Shown: piece after piece, positions 1 to 16,197 of the stretch
Position numbering within the stretch: position 1 is the first letter of the stretch
Layout: every line of letters begins with the position of its first letter
Source: Amoebidium appalachense
Lineage: Eukaryota > Protista > Ichthyosporea
NCBI GenBank assembly: GCA_963693365.1
Contig: CAVNZM010000013.1
Span: 3,934,722-3,998,721 of the forward strand
Reading direction: 5' to 3'
Length of the DNA: 64,000 nucleotides
Position numbers and translations under genes: made by a program
Notes under the pieces: model-generated
What the model was told of the DNA's origin: nothing
Seen by the model: the letters and a program-made list of their open reading frames with translations, nothing else
Databases searched by the model: none

Positions 1-704
1 TTGGAGTTGATTGTTGCGCCCATCGGAACTATGGGGTGGTTACGCACGTACCTGCCGGTGGCGACATGGGCACCGGGCAGACAGTCCAAAACATCCTGTT
101 GTCTGATTGGTTGGCTTGATTAAGCTGAGCCACTGCGCCAAAATCCAAAATCGTTGCGAAGCGGTAATAGTGTATGAAATTTATATATTGTTTATGAATA
201 ATATGTTATGAAATAAGAATATAGAGCAAATATATATGTATAAATATGATTTTTTAAATAAATTTACATGCATGCATATAAATTTATGCCACTTACAAGC
301 AGCGCCGCGGCTGCTATGCTGTGTCGTGGCGCCACCAGCGGATACGTCGTATCCACCCAATAAGTCTTGAACGGAGAGGACTGTGTCCCTTGACACCAAT
401 TCGACATGCAAACCTGTGACTATGTGTTAAGGAGTTCATGACTATTTCGGCATTTCTCATTGACATGCATGTAATTCTGTTTGTATGGCGATTCCCTAAA
501 TCGGGACATCCTCTATATGGTAAAAACCAGTAAGTGCACTCGATTTTTTTTGGCGTCCACCCGATTCGGCCGGCCGTGAGCCACTCGGTGACGTCTTACT
601 TTACATCAAATTGACGACTTGCTGAGAAAGGCTGACATATACCTTTTATTTCGTTATCAATCGGATCGGCATTTTTGAACGCCATGACGCTGTGTGAATG
701 TGTG

Positions 705-739
<35 letters not shown>

Positions 740-826
740 TTTGTGTGTGTGTGTGTGTGTGTGTATGTGTGCGTGCGTGCGTGCGTGCGTGTGTGCGTGT
801 GTGTGTGCGTGCGTGCGTGCTGACAG

Positions 827-3564
<2,738 letters not shown>

Positions 3565-4166
3565 GTGAGAGAATGAATGTTTTTATGAAGGGATAGAGAG
3601 GGGGGGGGGGGGGGGGGGGGGGGGGGGTTGATTTGATGACAAATGCAGTTTGAGGCCCAGTTGAGTAAGCATGTACACGCGGAGTCATTACATATCACTA
3701 TGTGCTCACTTGACAATGAAAAACAAGTGTATGGGCGAGTCTGTCCTTGGTTCTTTTTTTTTGATGGGCGAGGTGGTTGATTTGAAAACAGTTTAAGATG
3801 CCAGTATGCGCATTCACACTTCTCTCCATAATGCGCTTTGCCAATGAGAAACAGGTGACTGTGCTTTGTTCTTTGTTTTGTCGGTGTCATTGTCCTGCTT
3901 CATGAATGCCAATCAGTGTGTACTTAGTCTGCGGGTTATTGAATAGCTACCACTGACGCAATATATTTCAGCGAAAGTTTTTCTTTTCTTTCTTCGCCTT
4001 TTTTTTTCTTTTTTTTCTTTTTCTTTTTTTTTTTTTTTGAGTGACGTAGTTTTTTCAGCAGCTGGTCTGCCACTGTGTACGTGCAAGTGACCACGAATGA
4101 CTAATGAAAGAGCAGTAAGGGTACAGTGTCTGTCTGGCAGTGTGTGTCTTGTGTTTGTGACCGTGC

Positions 4167-4237
<71 letters not shown>

Positions 4238-5060
4238 ACTCGCGCACGTGGCTTCCTGCCTGCCTATTGTAGGGCCCAACCACAACCGGAGAGTCAACTT
4301 GCTCCCGAGCAGATTTATACTTTGCAAAAAGCAGAATGATTCGGCAAAAAGAAGACCAATTCTGATTCTCGATTCACTTTCTGGATCTGAGTCCCTCTCT
4401 TTCGTTTTAGAGAAAGAGAGAACTTATTCCAAGAGAGAGACTATAATCAAGATTGGGGAGGCCCGAAACTCGGAAACATACACACACAGAGACTCTCTGA
4501 GAGAGAGAGAGAGCTAGAGGAGAGAGGGGGGGGGGGGGGGGGGGGGCTTTTATAGGAATGCACAAGTTCTTTGAGTTTGGGTTCTTTGAGTTTGAGTTGC
4601 GTAGTACCGGCATTATACCCGTTTTCTTTTTTTCTAGTAGCGCATTTACAGCATCAATTACATGTACAGCACCGATATTAGCGAGCTCCACCACTGGGCC
4701 ATATCTGTTACTATCTCTAAATACAAACGTATAGAGCCACAGGCTAAACCGTCTATTTTCTAATTCATGTTGTGTGCCCTTCAACTGCCACATTCAACTG
4801 CCACTAGCACTTGCGGTAAACTCATAGTGTTGTGCTACTGCGCTACTGTGACGTTATATTACACTATCTCTCCTTAGAAATTTTTGGTAGGCTACCTGCT
4901 GCAAAATCGACTGACATGCCGCGACCGGCGCCCACGGCCAGCCTGGCCTGCGTAAAAAAAAAAAGAAAAAAGAAAGAAAGAAAGAAAAAGATTCCGATCG
5001 GAATGCACATGTTCGTTTTGAGGAGGGGAAACCTGCCCCTGCCCGGTACCTGCAACCTTA

Positions 5061-7340
5061 CTAGTGCTGGTCGGGGGCTGGAGCACCAGGCGCCTGCGAC
5101 CCTGGGTGCCTGGCCCTAGCTGCAAAAGCAAGTCGGCCTCTGGCCTTCTTCCTTGACAGCCACGGCTGCACAGTCTCCGGGCGCGCTCGCCCCTGCCTGT
5201 ACACACGTGCAGGCACACTTGCGGGTACGCAGCCACCCTCACCAATAATAATGTTGTCCCCAGTAGCCCCAGTACTGGTCCCTGATCCCCCCACTGTGGC
5301 TCCACCCGTCGGAGGTTTGTCTGCAGCCGCCGGCGGAGCAGCAGCAAACACCTGTCCACCCACAGAGCCTGACGGTGAGTCTGACCCAACGGCCTCCACA
5401 CCAGTCTTCTCTGCAGCTGGGGACTCGGACACATCGACCAAAACAGTGAGCATATCACCCTCAACCAACGGCTCTAGTGCTGCCACCTGGGTACCAGGCT
5501 TCAAATACACATGCTTTTCAGTCGGATTTGTTAACAGCACCTTGCAGCCGAGGCTGCCATTTACAGACAAGAGTGATTGCACACTATGCGCAGGGTGGAA
5601 GGGAATATCGGTGTTAGAGGTGGGTCTGGGTACGACAACACCCGTCACACCAGCCTCCAAACCTTCCCCCCATCCTTCATCGAGCACAAAGCCACATTCG
5701 GCCTGAAAGGAGGGAGATGCACGCCGGTGGTGGTGATAAGTGTTGCCACCTCACCACCCCGCACCCCGGCCCCAAGCCACCAAACAGGCATATAGCACTC
5801 TGCCTGGCCGTGGGCAGGCCTGAGCAGCAAGTGCTTTTACAACAGGTCAATCTGTGCATCGAAACCCAACAAGAAATCCATGCCTAGCAAGGCTGCATAG
5901 GGGAGGCCACGCAAAATATGAAAGTTTTGCACATGGCTCCATTCTGTGTTGGGCACCTGCAGGTGCAAACCCACACGGCCTGCACATGGCAAGGCGTCTC
6001 CACTAGCACCAACAGCACTAAAGTTGTGAACCGGCGAAATGCTCTTACGCAGCAAATGGTAATTTCAGCGCAAAATCATATTGCAAGCATGAATGGCTAG
6101 CACCGGTATCCACAACCACCGTAACTAGGTGCCCATGCAACCTCACAGTGGCAAGCAAACAAGAGGTAGATCCCTTAGCAGACACTTTGCACACAGATGG
6201 TTCTTTGGGGGTGGGATGCACGCGCCCCGCCAGCCCCGCCAACCCCTCTGCCCGTGCCTGCTTCAAATCCGCAAAATCCTGAATTCGAACCGACATAACA
6301 CCCTCATTCCCGGGTGCACCCTCCCCCTCCCCAACACCTGTGGGGGTGGTTGCACCTAGGGTGGACGGGATCACAATATGGGTGGGGGCAAAAGACACAG
6401 TTTTTCGAGTGATTGCTTTATTTCCCTTGCAATTTCCCGCCAGGGGAGGAGGGTCGTGCACAAAATTCTCGTTAACCACTTCACTACTTCATGTACACTA
6501 TCCTCTCCGATGTGCAAAAATGCGCTACGCACATCAACTACCCCCGGCACCGCGTCTTCTACCCCCGCGAGTTCCTATTTGCGGTGTGAATGCTTCTTCT
6601 TGTCTGGGTCACGGCCCTGCTGATGCTTGCCGTTACCCTTGGGCTCTCCCTGTTGGAGTGCAGACTTACGCTCACTCCACAATATGTGTATGTTAGCTTT
6701 ACAATTGGTTCCGTGTACACAGACACACGCTGACACTCGATCACCACATGCACATCTGCATAGTTGAGGAATGTTGCCAATTGTGTTTTGACTGCAAACG
6801 ATTGGTTCACTGGTCCCTGAGATCTCTAAATGAAAGTAACCAATCCGATTAGCGCCTGGCATCCGGATTACATTCCAGACTGCTGCCCCACGGGTATATA
6901 AGCCACGTCTCTGCCAGGTGCAGACATGGAGTTCAGTCATGGAGTTCAGTCATGGAGTTAACACACTGAAAGCAGTAAAAAAACGGGTCAGCGCCCAAGC
7001 GCGCCACGACGACCATAGTCACAGCGGACTCTACTTCCAACATCCCTTGCACAACCGGGAATCGGAATAGTGGCCTACTTTCTTGCAAACGTTGCAGCGG
7101 CGATTAGCAGCAGGGCATTCCGCATCACCTTTGCGATGTCCCGGCTTCCGCAGCCGTAGCAAACGACACTGCTGTCCGATGCACCGTATTTGGGCTTCTG
7201 TGGGGGAGTTTTCCACGGATTTTTAGTCAAACCGGACCCCACCAGAGCAATAAACGACGGCACATCCAAGCCCGGCAATGCTGCTGCCTGCTCCTACACA
7301 GCCACCATAGCCGACTGCTGCACATTAAACACACCGGCTC
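5061..7340 (-). mobile_element. Ty3/Gypsy LTR retrotransposon fragment (gag C-terminus, aspartic protease, post-protease domain); degraded, no RT, integrase or LTR
   Basis: Tandem zinc knuckles CYGCG(K)PGHRKGDAECPA..CNVCKKVGH...C at 7031-7170 (frameshifted). Retropepsin motifs VVVDTGASHS (~6085-6130) and ALLGMDFL (~5870-5900). Downstream segment VLLTNPTEKHVYLKPGTQVAAL is typical of Gypsy pol. Several frameshifts. Confidence 0.75.
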
Positions 7341-8842
7341 GGTGGCCAAGACGGTTGTGCCAAAGGGTAAGGTCGTCGTTCTGTTGAGTCCTTGCTGTGT
7401 AGGCTTGGACCCATGGATGTTGAGGAGGGTCAATCACGTAGTCAGTGATGTAGTAGAGCCCGTTGATGGCCGTGAGGTTGGAAATAATGTCACCGCTACG
7501 GCTGTAGAGGAACGACGGGTGGATGTCTGCATCGTCACAATGACCAAGGAGGCCGGCAGAAGAGGCCATGGAGGAAGACACTAGGAAGGACAGTGACTCG
7601 GGTACGTAGAGAGCGTTGATGCTGCACTTGGTTGACTTGCCGTTGTAGTGCAGGGTCATGTTGATGATGCCACGGTGTGTGGCATTGACGGTGCCCAGGC
7701 CTTGAATGGGGATGGGGGTACACGGGGTAAGGGTGGAGAAATACTCCTTGATGGGGCAGACGTGTGCATTGCAGCCGCTGTCCCAGACGGGGTCGTCACG
7801 GTGTTGTGTGCCGGTGGATGAGATGAGTGCAAATTGTACACTCTTGTTGCCTTTCTCCTGTTTGGCACGACGAGCAACAGCACAGCCAGGCTCTGGGCAA
7901 GATGTGATGTGGTGGGGTTCATGGCAATAGGAACACTCCACTCTCTTGTTGTTGTGCTGTCGGTTACGGTTGAGTCCTTGTTACCACGGGGGTAAGGGGA
8001 AGTTGAACGGGGGCCGGGTGACTTGGAAGACTGACGATGATCACGGGGACGGGACGGGGAGCGGTGAGGTGTACTCTCACGGCGAGGGATACGGTTACGG
8101 AGGTCACCGGGCGGGAGCATTCTGCTCTGAAGTGCTCGAAGGGGACGGTTGTTGACGGTTGCACCAGTGCCTGCGTCGATGAGGCCGGCACGAATCTCAG
8201 CTCCGCGGATGTCGCTGATGAGCTGGTTGGAGGAGGGGTACTTCTTGTTGTTCATCCAGTAGTCGGAGCAAAGACGTTTAATGTCAGTGCAGACTAGGGC
8301 GGTGTTCTTGCGTAGGTGAAGGAAGAACTTGCGCACGACATCCTTGTGTTGTACAGACGGGCTCGTCTAGGCAGGCCAGGGCCGTAGCCAGACGTTGGAG
8401 GCTGGTGAGGTACGCTGTGACGTTGGGGAAGTCGCGTAGTTCAAGCTCCTCGTAGGTGACTTGAATTTGAGTGACGCGAGCCTCCTTCTCCAGCCACATA
8501 AGCCATGCGCGGGTTATGGAAGACTTCTCCACCGTGAACACCGTCTTGCATGCGGCCAGAGTCGTAGAGCTCTGTAGGATGAACGGACTGGTTGAGAATT
8601 TGGTCGAGGACGTCGGAAGCTTTCTTGTAGGCGTCCTTGGTGCCGTAGCCTTGCCACTGGTTGGCGTCGGAGCCATCAATCCACTGTGGTGCCTTGATGG
8701 CGTCGACAAATTTCTCGGCAATTGTTGTTCGGATGAAGCGATGGATGAGGGGCTCCCATTCGAAGTAGTTGAGACGCTTGTCGTCCTTCTTCTCGGACGG
8801 ATTCCATTGCGGAAGGTTGATGTACGACGGTTTGTCAGTCAT
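7341..8842 (-). pseudogene. Copia gag-pol, frameshifted and truncated at the start of integrase
   Basis: ORFs 8441-8842, 8284-8721, 7656-8336 and 7294-7941 together rebuild the gag that is intact in copy B, plus protease and LWHNRLGH. Confidence 0.85.
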
Positions 8843-9043
8843 GGTTGAAGCAGTATGTACGGAGGAATTTCGCGGTTGTAACGAGATTGTGTGTTAGCGT
8901 GCAAAGGGGCCGTAAACCTGTTATTTTGTGTGGGTTTAAGGGAGGAGCAGAGTGCACAGATGGGTGTTATGATATACACAACACACAGACACACGGGAGA
9001 AACACAACCGGAGAGGTGGAACGATTTCTGGGACCATAGGAAA

Positions 9044-9714
9044 CGTTTTCAACTGATTGATTTTTATTTCAAGATGAAGTCCCTTTTATACTCGGGAATG
9101 TGAAATCGACAAATGCTAAGCCAATCAAAAGAACGAAAACTATCTTATCCAATCAGAAAGACGAAAACTATGAGGGTAAAATAAATCGATCGAAATGCCT
9201 GTCGACACATAGAAGATAAATCGCAATCTGCTAATGAAAGTACGGAAACATTTAATAAAATGAAACCACTTATGTATCTATTAGTTCACATCATATATTT
9301 ATACATGTTCTTAACATAACACGTCTAAATATAATTATTCCTAATAGCTGGGGAGCATGGAGCAATTCTACGTCGTGGGAAAAGAAGGAAAAGGAATGAG
9401 GATAGAAAGGAATGGAATGGGAAAGGAATCGAGTAGAATGAAGGAGGAATGTAGGTTTCTATATTTGGGAAAATTAAACGAGATCTGATTGGACAACTTA
9501 TTTAGACATAAACGCAAAAAACATTACATGTGAGCGGGCCAAATGGCTCGATGTGTACACAGATCAAAGATATCTGTGCACACGGAAACGGAAAGGAAAG
9601 AAAGAAAGGAAGAAAGGAAAAGGGAAAAGGAAACGAACAACAACAAACTAATAAACATATGTATAACTCAACTTCAGAATCTAAGTTCTTGCCGTTATCC
9701 ATGGGTAGATGACA
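9044..9714 (-). repeat. Putative 5' LTR of Copia copy A (~670 bp)
   Basis: Homology with copy B ends exactly at 5'-TGTCATCT in both copies. It is followed on the minus strand by the PBS-like TTTCCTATGGTCCCAG and a short leader before gag. No partner LTR is present, so the inner boundary is inferred. Confidence 0.65.
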
Positions 9715-10299
9715 GAGAGAGAGAGAGAGAGAGAGAGAGGAGGAGGGGGGGGGGGGGGAGAGAGAGAGGAGAGAGGGAGAGAGAGAGAGAGAGAGAGAGA
9801 GAAAGAATAGAAATATATTCAAGTACAGTTAGCAGAGTCTGTTTATCATGATAAAAAGCGGCCCTGCTACTGTTACATCTTGACTATTTGGCACCACACA
9901 CCTACGCGAGTGAGGGGCAACCCCTCCCCATTTGCCTCATAGACATCGGCATTGAGGTTTTCATCAACCTCCAGACCATTGCAATACTTTACGCGGAAAA
10001 GAAATCCCCTTTTCTGGGCACCCCCCACTGTGTGTTTGCATGTGTGTGTGTGTGCGTGTGTGCGTTTGTGCGTGTGTTTTCGGACACTCGCAAGTGTGTA
10101 TGCCTGTGCTCGTGCACTTGTGTGCGCGCAACTGTGTGTGAAGGAAAGAATGGGAGGGGGGAGGCCCCAAGGGAGAGAGGAGTTATTATTAAGCGGAGGG
10201 AAAGGAGAAGTATGTGGACATGTGTGCTTTGGGTTGTGCTTTGATTTTTATTTTCATTTGTTTATTTATTTTTCTTTTTTTGGGGGGGAGGAAGGGGGG

Positions 10300-10489
<190 letters not shown>

Positions 10490-11026
10490 GAACCGGAATT
10501 TCATATGCATATAGCAAAGCCTGATCTCCCAACCCTATTTCACCCATTCAGTCCGTACATTTGTTATCACCAGATGCCTTTACACAAGCTCCACCTCAGT
10601 ATTGTGTACTTTTCCTTAGATCTCTATAACAAGAGGCTGGGGAACACAGTAAAGCCAGCAAACCGTGTACGTACCTACGAGCTTCAGCTCCTTCAGCCTT
10701 TCTTGAGCTGCCAATGCGAAGATCGTCTCCCTCCGAGTCGTCCGTATCCACCTGCACACGTAGAAGTTACAAGTTACTAAAGTTATCTTTCTAAGTAGAG
10801 CAAGTTCACCAATGCTTTGGGTTTCAAGGGCTCTCTTTCCAACAAACAACAGGACAACTTGAAGGCCTTGGCAACCACTAACAACAAACAGAGTAACCAG
10901 AGAAACAAAGCGCCTATGCAGCACAGGTACTAGCCAACATTATAGAAAAAGATCAGGCACAGACAAAATGCCAGGCTTGCAGTAAAACGACTATGTACCA
11001 GCCTTGGGAAAACTTACGCATATACC

Positions 11027-11498
11027 ATTTGAATGCTCTTCTTCTGGTGAGATATGCGGTACTTTGCAATCTTCGCCGCCGTGTTTTCGCCTTTCAGACC
11101 GAGAATCTCTTCAATCATCTCCGCTTTTGTGAATAAGTGTACGACCCTCGCTCACCTGCTCCTTTATTATTTTTGCGCCGATCCACTTTGGGTTTGCCTT
11201 CCGCCAAACTTTGGTTTATACGCTCGAACTCCGCAGCAATCGCTTCTTGCCGTTCGATGTCGACCTCTTGGGACGGTGGGACAAACTCGTGTGTGACGGA
11301 CCCAACGTTGCTGGTAACGAGATGTGATGGCTGGTTAACACGTTTAGCCGCAGCACAACTGGCTTCGTGGTTTGCCAGTGCACCGGCGTTACCGCAGGGA
11401 TACCTGCAGCCTCTGCACGGAAACGTAGGTTTGGAAGAGTCTTCTGTAGCAATTAACTCGCTGATAGTTTTGGCTTCTTCCACGCTGTGCGCACTCAT
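11027..11498 (-). pseudogene. Degraded zinc finger + HTH protein fragment, probably the N-terminus of a DNA transposase (pogo/Tigger-like HTH)
   Basis: FPCRGCRYPCGNAGALANHEASC (C2HC finger), then RGSYTYSQK and, after a frameshift, AEMIEEIL..TAAKIAK..RRAFKW, resembling psq/Brinker-type HTHs. No DDE core seen. Confidence 0.4.
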
Positions 11499-12485
11499 GG
11501 TTTTTTACGGCCGTTCAGTTCGAACGAAAAATTCATCTTTGCCCGTAATCAGACATGGTCCTCTGCCCAGGCTTGCTGGCAGCCGTTTTTAGCAATTCGG
11601 CAGGTGTGTGGACTCTACGGTTCTCTAAAGCGCCACATGTGAACGCAGTTGTGCTTTTGCATTTTCTGCTTGTGCAATTGCACTGGTGGTTGCATTACTG
11701 ATCTTTTTGTTTGCTTCTACAAGGCCCTCGGCAACAATCACTTGGGCCACTTGCGTGCTTTCCTGGAACTTGTCTGTGGCTGCGTTTACTTTGTGTAGTG
11801 CACTATTTAAATCCCCAAGTGCAGCTGCCTGCACTTGAACTACTGGCTTGGTCATGGTCTTTCCGTGTGCTAGTACACTTTCAACCTGTGTACTCCTATG
11901 TATTTTGGATAGAAGAACGATACAAAACTGACTGACTGAACTGACATGTGCGTCATACGGGGTTTTTTTTTGGCGCCACAGCCTATTCAATGATTGGCCC
12001 TTTTGTTTGTGGAACATATCGGTGTCACTGAGCTAGGTTTTATGTGGTAAAAAGTCTGAAACTCTGACAAATAAAGGGTGTTCTAATGGTGCATACTTGG
12101 TAATTACGTCTGCATAGGCGATGCATAGGACCCCCTGTTGCGCTAAAAAAAAATAAAAAAAATAAAAAAAATAAATAAATAAATAAATAAAGAAAAAAAA
12201 CTTCAAGATAATCCCGGAAAACGACCGTCGGAGGTCATTATCTAAAGATTTTTAAAAAATGGCGTCGCCGTTATCTTAGTGGCGGAGTATCTAACACCTG
12301 GACGGGCACTGTACTATCCCGGAAACAGGGAGGGAGTGCAGCGGTGCAGGGGGGTCAGGGTGTGTATATGTGGTTGGAGAAACACAGCGTGTGCATGGAC
12401 CTGCACGGTCTGGCCTAGATGGCAAAATTGTTCCCCCCCCCCCCCCGGAAACAGGGAGGGAGTACATGGGTGGTAAGGTTGCAAA

Positions 12486-12835
12486 GGTTTTATTTGTGGA
12501 AATTATTGACATAAATATTTTTCTGGGTAAACACGTAGGATGGGTGTTCAATACCAACATAACCATGTAGGCTTCATTTCGTGTTTTAGCAGTTAGCGGT
12601 TGGCTGCCCGCACACGGGCACCTATTAGCCAGTCAAAACATCAGATACCACAGATCACTAGACCGAGTTATGATTGGCTCGGATCAGATTTCACATATCA
12701 CTAGATCGATTTTTGATTGGTTCAGATCGGTAGGCTTAGGTATATAAGCACGACAGTTTTTAGCAGATCAGCAAGCTACAAACACATCTTCTGTGTTTAG
12801 CATCCACAGCCTTACAGCTATATATTCCTTTTCAC
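12486..12835 (+). repeat. Ngaro repeat A1 (350 bp), containing promoter-like CCAAT (ATTGG) boxes and TATATAA
   Basis: Near-identical reverse-complement copies at 18757-19106, ~20464-20785 and 28608-28957. Confidence 0.9.
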
Positions 12836-12874
12836 TCCTTTTCATTCTCCCTATCTTTCCCTACGCCGGTCAGC

Positions 12875-14044
12875 ATGCCGCCGAAAAAGCGCCAGGCCTC
12901 AGCCGCCGCCCCTGCCGCGGCACCTAAGCGCCTGACCCGCAGCGACCTCCGCCACAGGCTGACCAACGCTCCCGCGGACACTGACGCGCCTCCAGCGGCC
13001 CATACCACCACGGACCCGGACCCGCCGGCTACTCTCCCCTCCACCCCTGAAGTCCCCCCTCAGGCCCCGCCGTCCCCGCAGATGACTTCTCAAGACGCCG
13101 TCCTGGCCGCCCTCACCGCCATCAGCACCCAGATGGCTGGCGTCCTGGCTGCTCTCACCAACCGCGACCCTCCCGCGCCCCCCGCCGCGCCCTCCACACC
13201 CGGGGAGGTTTCCCCGGGGCTGCATCTCGGCCCTGACCTGGACCTGCCTGCCCTGCCCGCGCCCCCCATCACAGGTGAGAACACTGGCGACATTCAGCCG
13301 GGCACACTCCCGCTTCCCCCCGCGGATGTGCTGGCAGATTTGCGCGCCAATCGTTTCGTCGACCTGTATAAGTTCACCCCCGCCGCCCTCCTGGCCCCAT
13401 CCAAGAAAGGTCAGCATCTGCGCATGGCCGACGACGGCAGCATCGAGACTTTTCGCCAAGACAAACCCGTTCCCCTGCGTTCACTCGTCATTTGGATCCA
13501 AGCTTGGACCCATTACATGGCCGCCAAGCACCACCTCGGCCTTCCCACGGACAAAGACGTACTTTGGACTCAGCACATCACTCGCCTCAGCACCCGATAC
13601 CCGTGGGCCCAGATCCACAACTATGACGTATACGCCCGCACCGTGGCCCACCAGCAGGGTCGGGCTCCGATCGAGTGCCCCAACCTGCTCGCCCAACTCC
13701 ACCAGGATCTCCTCCTGCCACCCACCCTGCTCATCCAGGACGCATGTCAGCGCTGTGGCTTCCCCGACCACCCCAGCGCGGCCTGCCCCATGTACCCCAA
13801 GCCCGGCTGTGGTCTTGACGGCTTTAAGCCGCCCCACAAGCCCGGCGGGGGTCACACCCCTAACCGCCCTGGCCCGCAACCCGGCCCGGCCAAACCGGCC
13901 CGACCCGTGGATCTACCCGCGACGCACTGCAGGAATTTCCACATTAACGGTCGGTCCTGCGCTAAGCAGCCCTGCCCCTTCTCCCACGTGTGCCCGCTCT
14001 GCTCTGGCACACACCCCCGCAAAGACTGCAAGCACAATGCCTAG
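12875..14044 (+). CDS. Ngaro ORF1 gag-like protein (389 aa)
   Basis: ATG start with NLS-like MPPKKR. CCHC knuckle CQRCGFPDHPSAAC and C-terminal CRNFH..C..PCPFSHVCPLCSGTHPRKDC zinc fingers typical of DIRS/Ngaro ORF1. Confidence 0.88.
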   Translation: MPPKKRQASAAAPAAAPKRLTRSDLRHRLTNAPADTDAPPAAHTTTDPDPPATLPSTPEVPPQAPPSPQMTSQDAVLAALTAISTQMAGVLAALTNRDPPAPPAAPSTPGEVSPGLHLGPDLDLPALPAPPITGENTGDIQPGTLPLPPADVLADLRANRFVDLYKFTPAALLAPSKKGQHLRMADDGSIETFRQDKPVPLRSLVIWIQAWTHYMAAKHHLGLPTDKDVLWTQHITRLSTRYPWAQIHNYDVYARTVAHQQGRAPIECPNLLAQLHQDLLLPPTLLIQDACQRCGFPDHPSAACPMYPKPGCGLDGFKPPHKPGGGHTPNRPGPQPGPAKPARPVDLPATHCRNFHINGRSCAKQPCPFSHVCPLCSGTHPRKDCKHNA

Positions 14045-14517
14045 TCTACGCGCACACCCACGCACACAGCTAGAACATAGGGGTTCGGAGCTAGGACACA
14101 CGAGTACAGGGAAACGGAGCTCGGGAGAACGGGCCAATAGGGCTGAGTACAAAATTTCGCAGGCCAACTACGGCGCCCGCGCGCGTCAAGAATAAATGTC
14201 CCTATACAAAGACGTTTATTCTGGCCACTGCACATAATTTTACTCCCCCCCCCCCCCATCCCACGAGCCTCCCCCCCCTTACACTCACCTAGCACTCCCT
14301 CCCCCCCCCCTTTCTTCTACCGCTGTGTCCGCCCACACCCCCGCGTGCTCGGGCACATTCCCCTGCACAGGGCCCCGCTGCCCTCCCTGCCAACCCTCAC
14401 TTGGGCCAAGCTGCCCTACTCTAACCCCCCGGGGCCCTGCTGCCCCCCCCCCCCCCCCCAAACCCCCCCCCCCCCCCCCCCCCCCGCTGCCGGGATCTCC
14501 CCAAGGGTACACCACCC

Positions 14518-16170
14518 TTGCTAACCACCCCCTTCCCCCGAGGCTCAGACCCGGAGGCCCGCCCGCTGCCCCAGCACCACATTGACACCTCCCGCCTCCG
14601 GGAACTGCTGGCCTCCTACCCGGACCAACCATTCGCCGCACAACTCCTCCACGATGTCGAATTCGGCGTCGACATCGGCTATCGCGGCCCCTCCACCTCT
14701 CGGGTGGGCCCCAACCTACCCACCACCCCGGAGGCAGCTGCCGCTATCACGGTGGATATTGCCAAAGAAGTCGCCCTCGGCCACCTGCGCGGCCCCCTCT
14801 CCCCGGCCCAATTCTTTGACGAATTTCCCGTCCACCGTTCCTCCCCCATCGGCGCCGTTACCAAGAAAGGGAACCCCCCCAAGTACCGTCGAATCCACCA
14901 CCTCTCCTGGCCCCGGGGTAGCAGCGTCAATGACAGCATCACCTACCCCGACGAACTTCAGTACATTCGCGCCCGGGATGTCACCCAACTCATTCTCGAC
15001 GCAGGCCCCGGCTGCTACATGGCCGTGGCAGATGTGCAGGCTGCCTTCCGGCACATGCCCATCCGACCGGAAGACCACCACTTAATGGCATTCAAATGGC
15101 AAGGGCATTTTTACGTTGAAACCAGACTGCCCTTCGGCCTGAAATCTAGCCCAGCCATCTGGGAACGGATCGCGGCCACCCTACAATGGCTGGCACACCA
15201 GCACGGTATTACCCTCATCCGCCACTACGTAGACGACTGGATTATAGTCGCCCCCACACAACAGCAGTGCCAACGTCACCTATCCACCTTTCTGCAACTC
15301 TGCCGAGAGCTGCACATTGCCATCTCCGAAGACAAGATGCAGGGCCCGGCTACCCGTGTCGTCTTCATCGGTATCGAATTCGACTCCATCGCCATGGAGG
15401 CACGAATCCCGGCTTCCAAGCTCTCGGACCTACTCGACCTCACTTCCCACCCAAAGCCCACCATCACCATTCGGGACCTCCAGTCCCTCCTCGGCAAACT
15501 CACCTGGTGTGCCCAGCTGGTTCCCCCCGGGAGGGCCTTCTCCCAGCGCCTATGGGCCCTTCTCCGGACCCACCCACACCTTGCCGGCCACCACCACATA
15601 CGACTGACTGCTGCCGCCCGGGCCGACATAGCCGAATGGCACCAGTTCCTCACATCATGGAATGGGGTGCACCTCATCACACCCCCCACATACACCACCC
15701 TGGCCACTGATGCTGCCGGATCGGTGGGTCTAGGTGGCCACTGGCTCGACCAATGGTTCTTCATGCCCTGGTCCCCCTCCACCCAAGCCCTCTATGCTCA
15801 TGAGGGTAAACTCGGTTCTTCCGTCATCGAACTCCTGGCCATCGCAGCCGCCGTGGCCCTCTGGGCCCCCTCCTGGTCCACCCACCATGTCCGTATTTTA
15901 TGCGACAACACGGGTGCTGTGTCTGACCTGCACTCCCGGTCTTCCCCCCACCCCGTGATGGCCAAACTTATTCGGTTCATCACCCGCATGGAAATGCAAT
16001 ACCAATTTACGTTACAGGCATCCTACCTACCAGGACCCCTCAACCATCTGGCCGATGCCATTTCTCGTAACCAACTTCCCCGGGCCCGACGACTCCGACC
16101 TTCCCTGCAACCGGAGCCCTGCCCCTTCCCCTCCTGGGTCCACGAGTTCCTATCCCTTCCCTTGGGCTAA
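14518..16170 (+). CDS. Ngaro reverse transcriptase / RNase H (no in-frame ATG before the RT core; probably spliced, acceptor AG at 14547-14548)
   Basis: RT motifs ADVQAAFRHMP, LPFGLKSSP and HYVDD. DIRS-type RNase H motifs TDAAGSVGLG, IELLAI, CDNTGAV and NHLADAISR. Confidence 0.93.
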   Translation: MLTTPFPRGSDPEARPLPQHHIDTSRLRELLASYPDQPFAAQLLHDVEFGVDIGYRGPSTSRVGPNLPTTPEAAAAITVDIAKEVALGHLRGPLSPAQFFDEFPVHRSSPIGAVTKKGNPPKYRRIHHLSWPRGSSVNDSITYPDELQYIRARDVTQLILDAGPGCYMAVADVQAAFRHMPIRPEDHHLMAFKWQGHFYVETRLPFGLKSSPAIWERIAATLQWLAHQHGITLIRHYVDDWIIVAPTQQQCQRHLSTFLQLCRELHIAISEDKMQGPATRVVFIGIEFDSIAMEARIPASKLSDLLDLTSHPKPTITIRDLQSLLGKLTWCAQLVPPGRAFSQRLWALLRTHPHLAGHHHIRLTAAARADIAEWHQFLTSWNGVHLITPPTYTTLATDAAGSVGLGGHWLDQWFFMPWSPSTQALYAHEGKLGSSVIELLAIAAAVALWAPSWSTHHVRILCDNTGAVSDLHSRSSPHPVMAKLIRFITRMEMQYQFTLQASYLPGPLNHLADAISRNQLPRARRLRPSLQPEPCPFPSWVHEFLSLPLG

Positions 16171-16197
16171 CCCCCCCCCCCCCCCCCCCCCCCCCAG

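Larger units (their letters stand above)
7341..9714 (-). mobile_element. Ty1/Copia LTR retrotransposon, copy A (5' LTR, gag, protease, GAG-pre-integrase; 3'-truncated)
   Basis: Gag starts at ATG 8842 (frameshifted). CCHC knuckle CSYCHEPHHITSC, Copia protease WDSGCNAHVC and GAG-pre-integrase LWHNRLGH occur in Copia order. Homologous to copy B at 60184-61906. Confidence 0.9.

Noticed and set aside
7294-7345. Functional Copia-Gypsy fusion protein at the junction
   Set aside because: The frame hits a stop at 7294 and both partners are frameshifted; this is a deletion or nesting scar.
11625-12017. Ala-rich coiled-coil-like ORF (130 aa)
   Set aside because: No recognisable domain or linked exons; it may be a remnant but cannot be supported.
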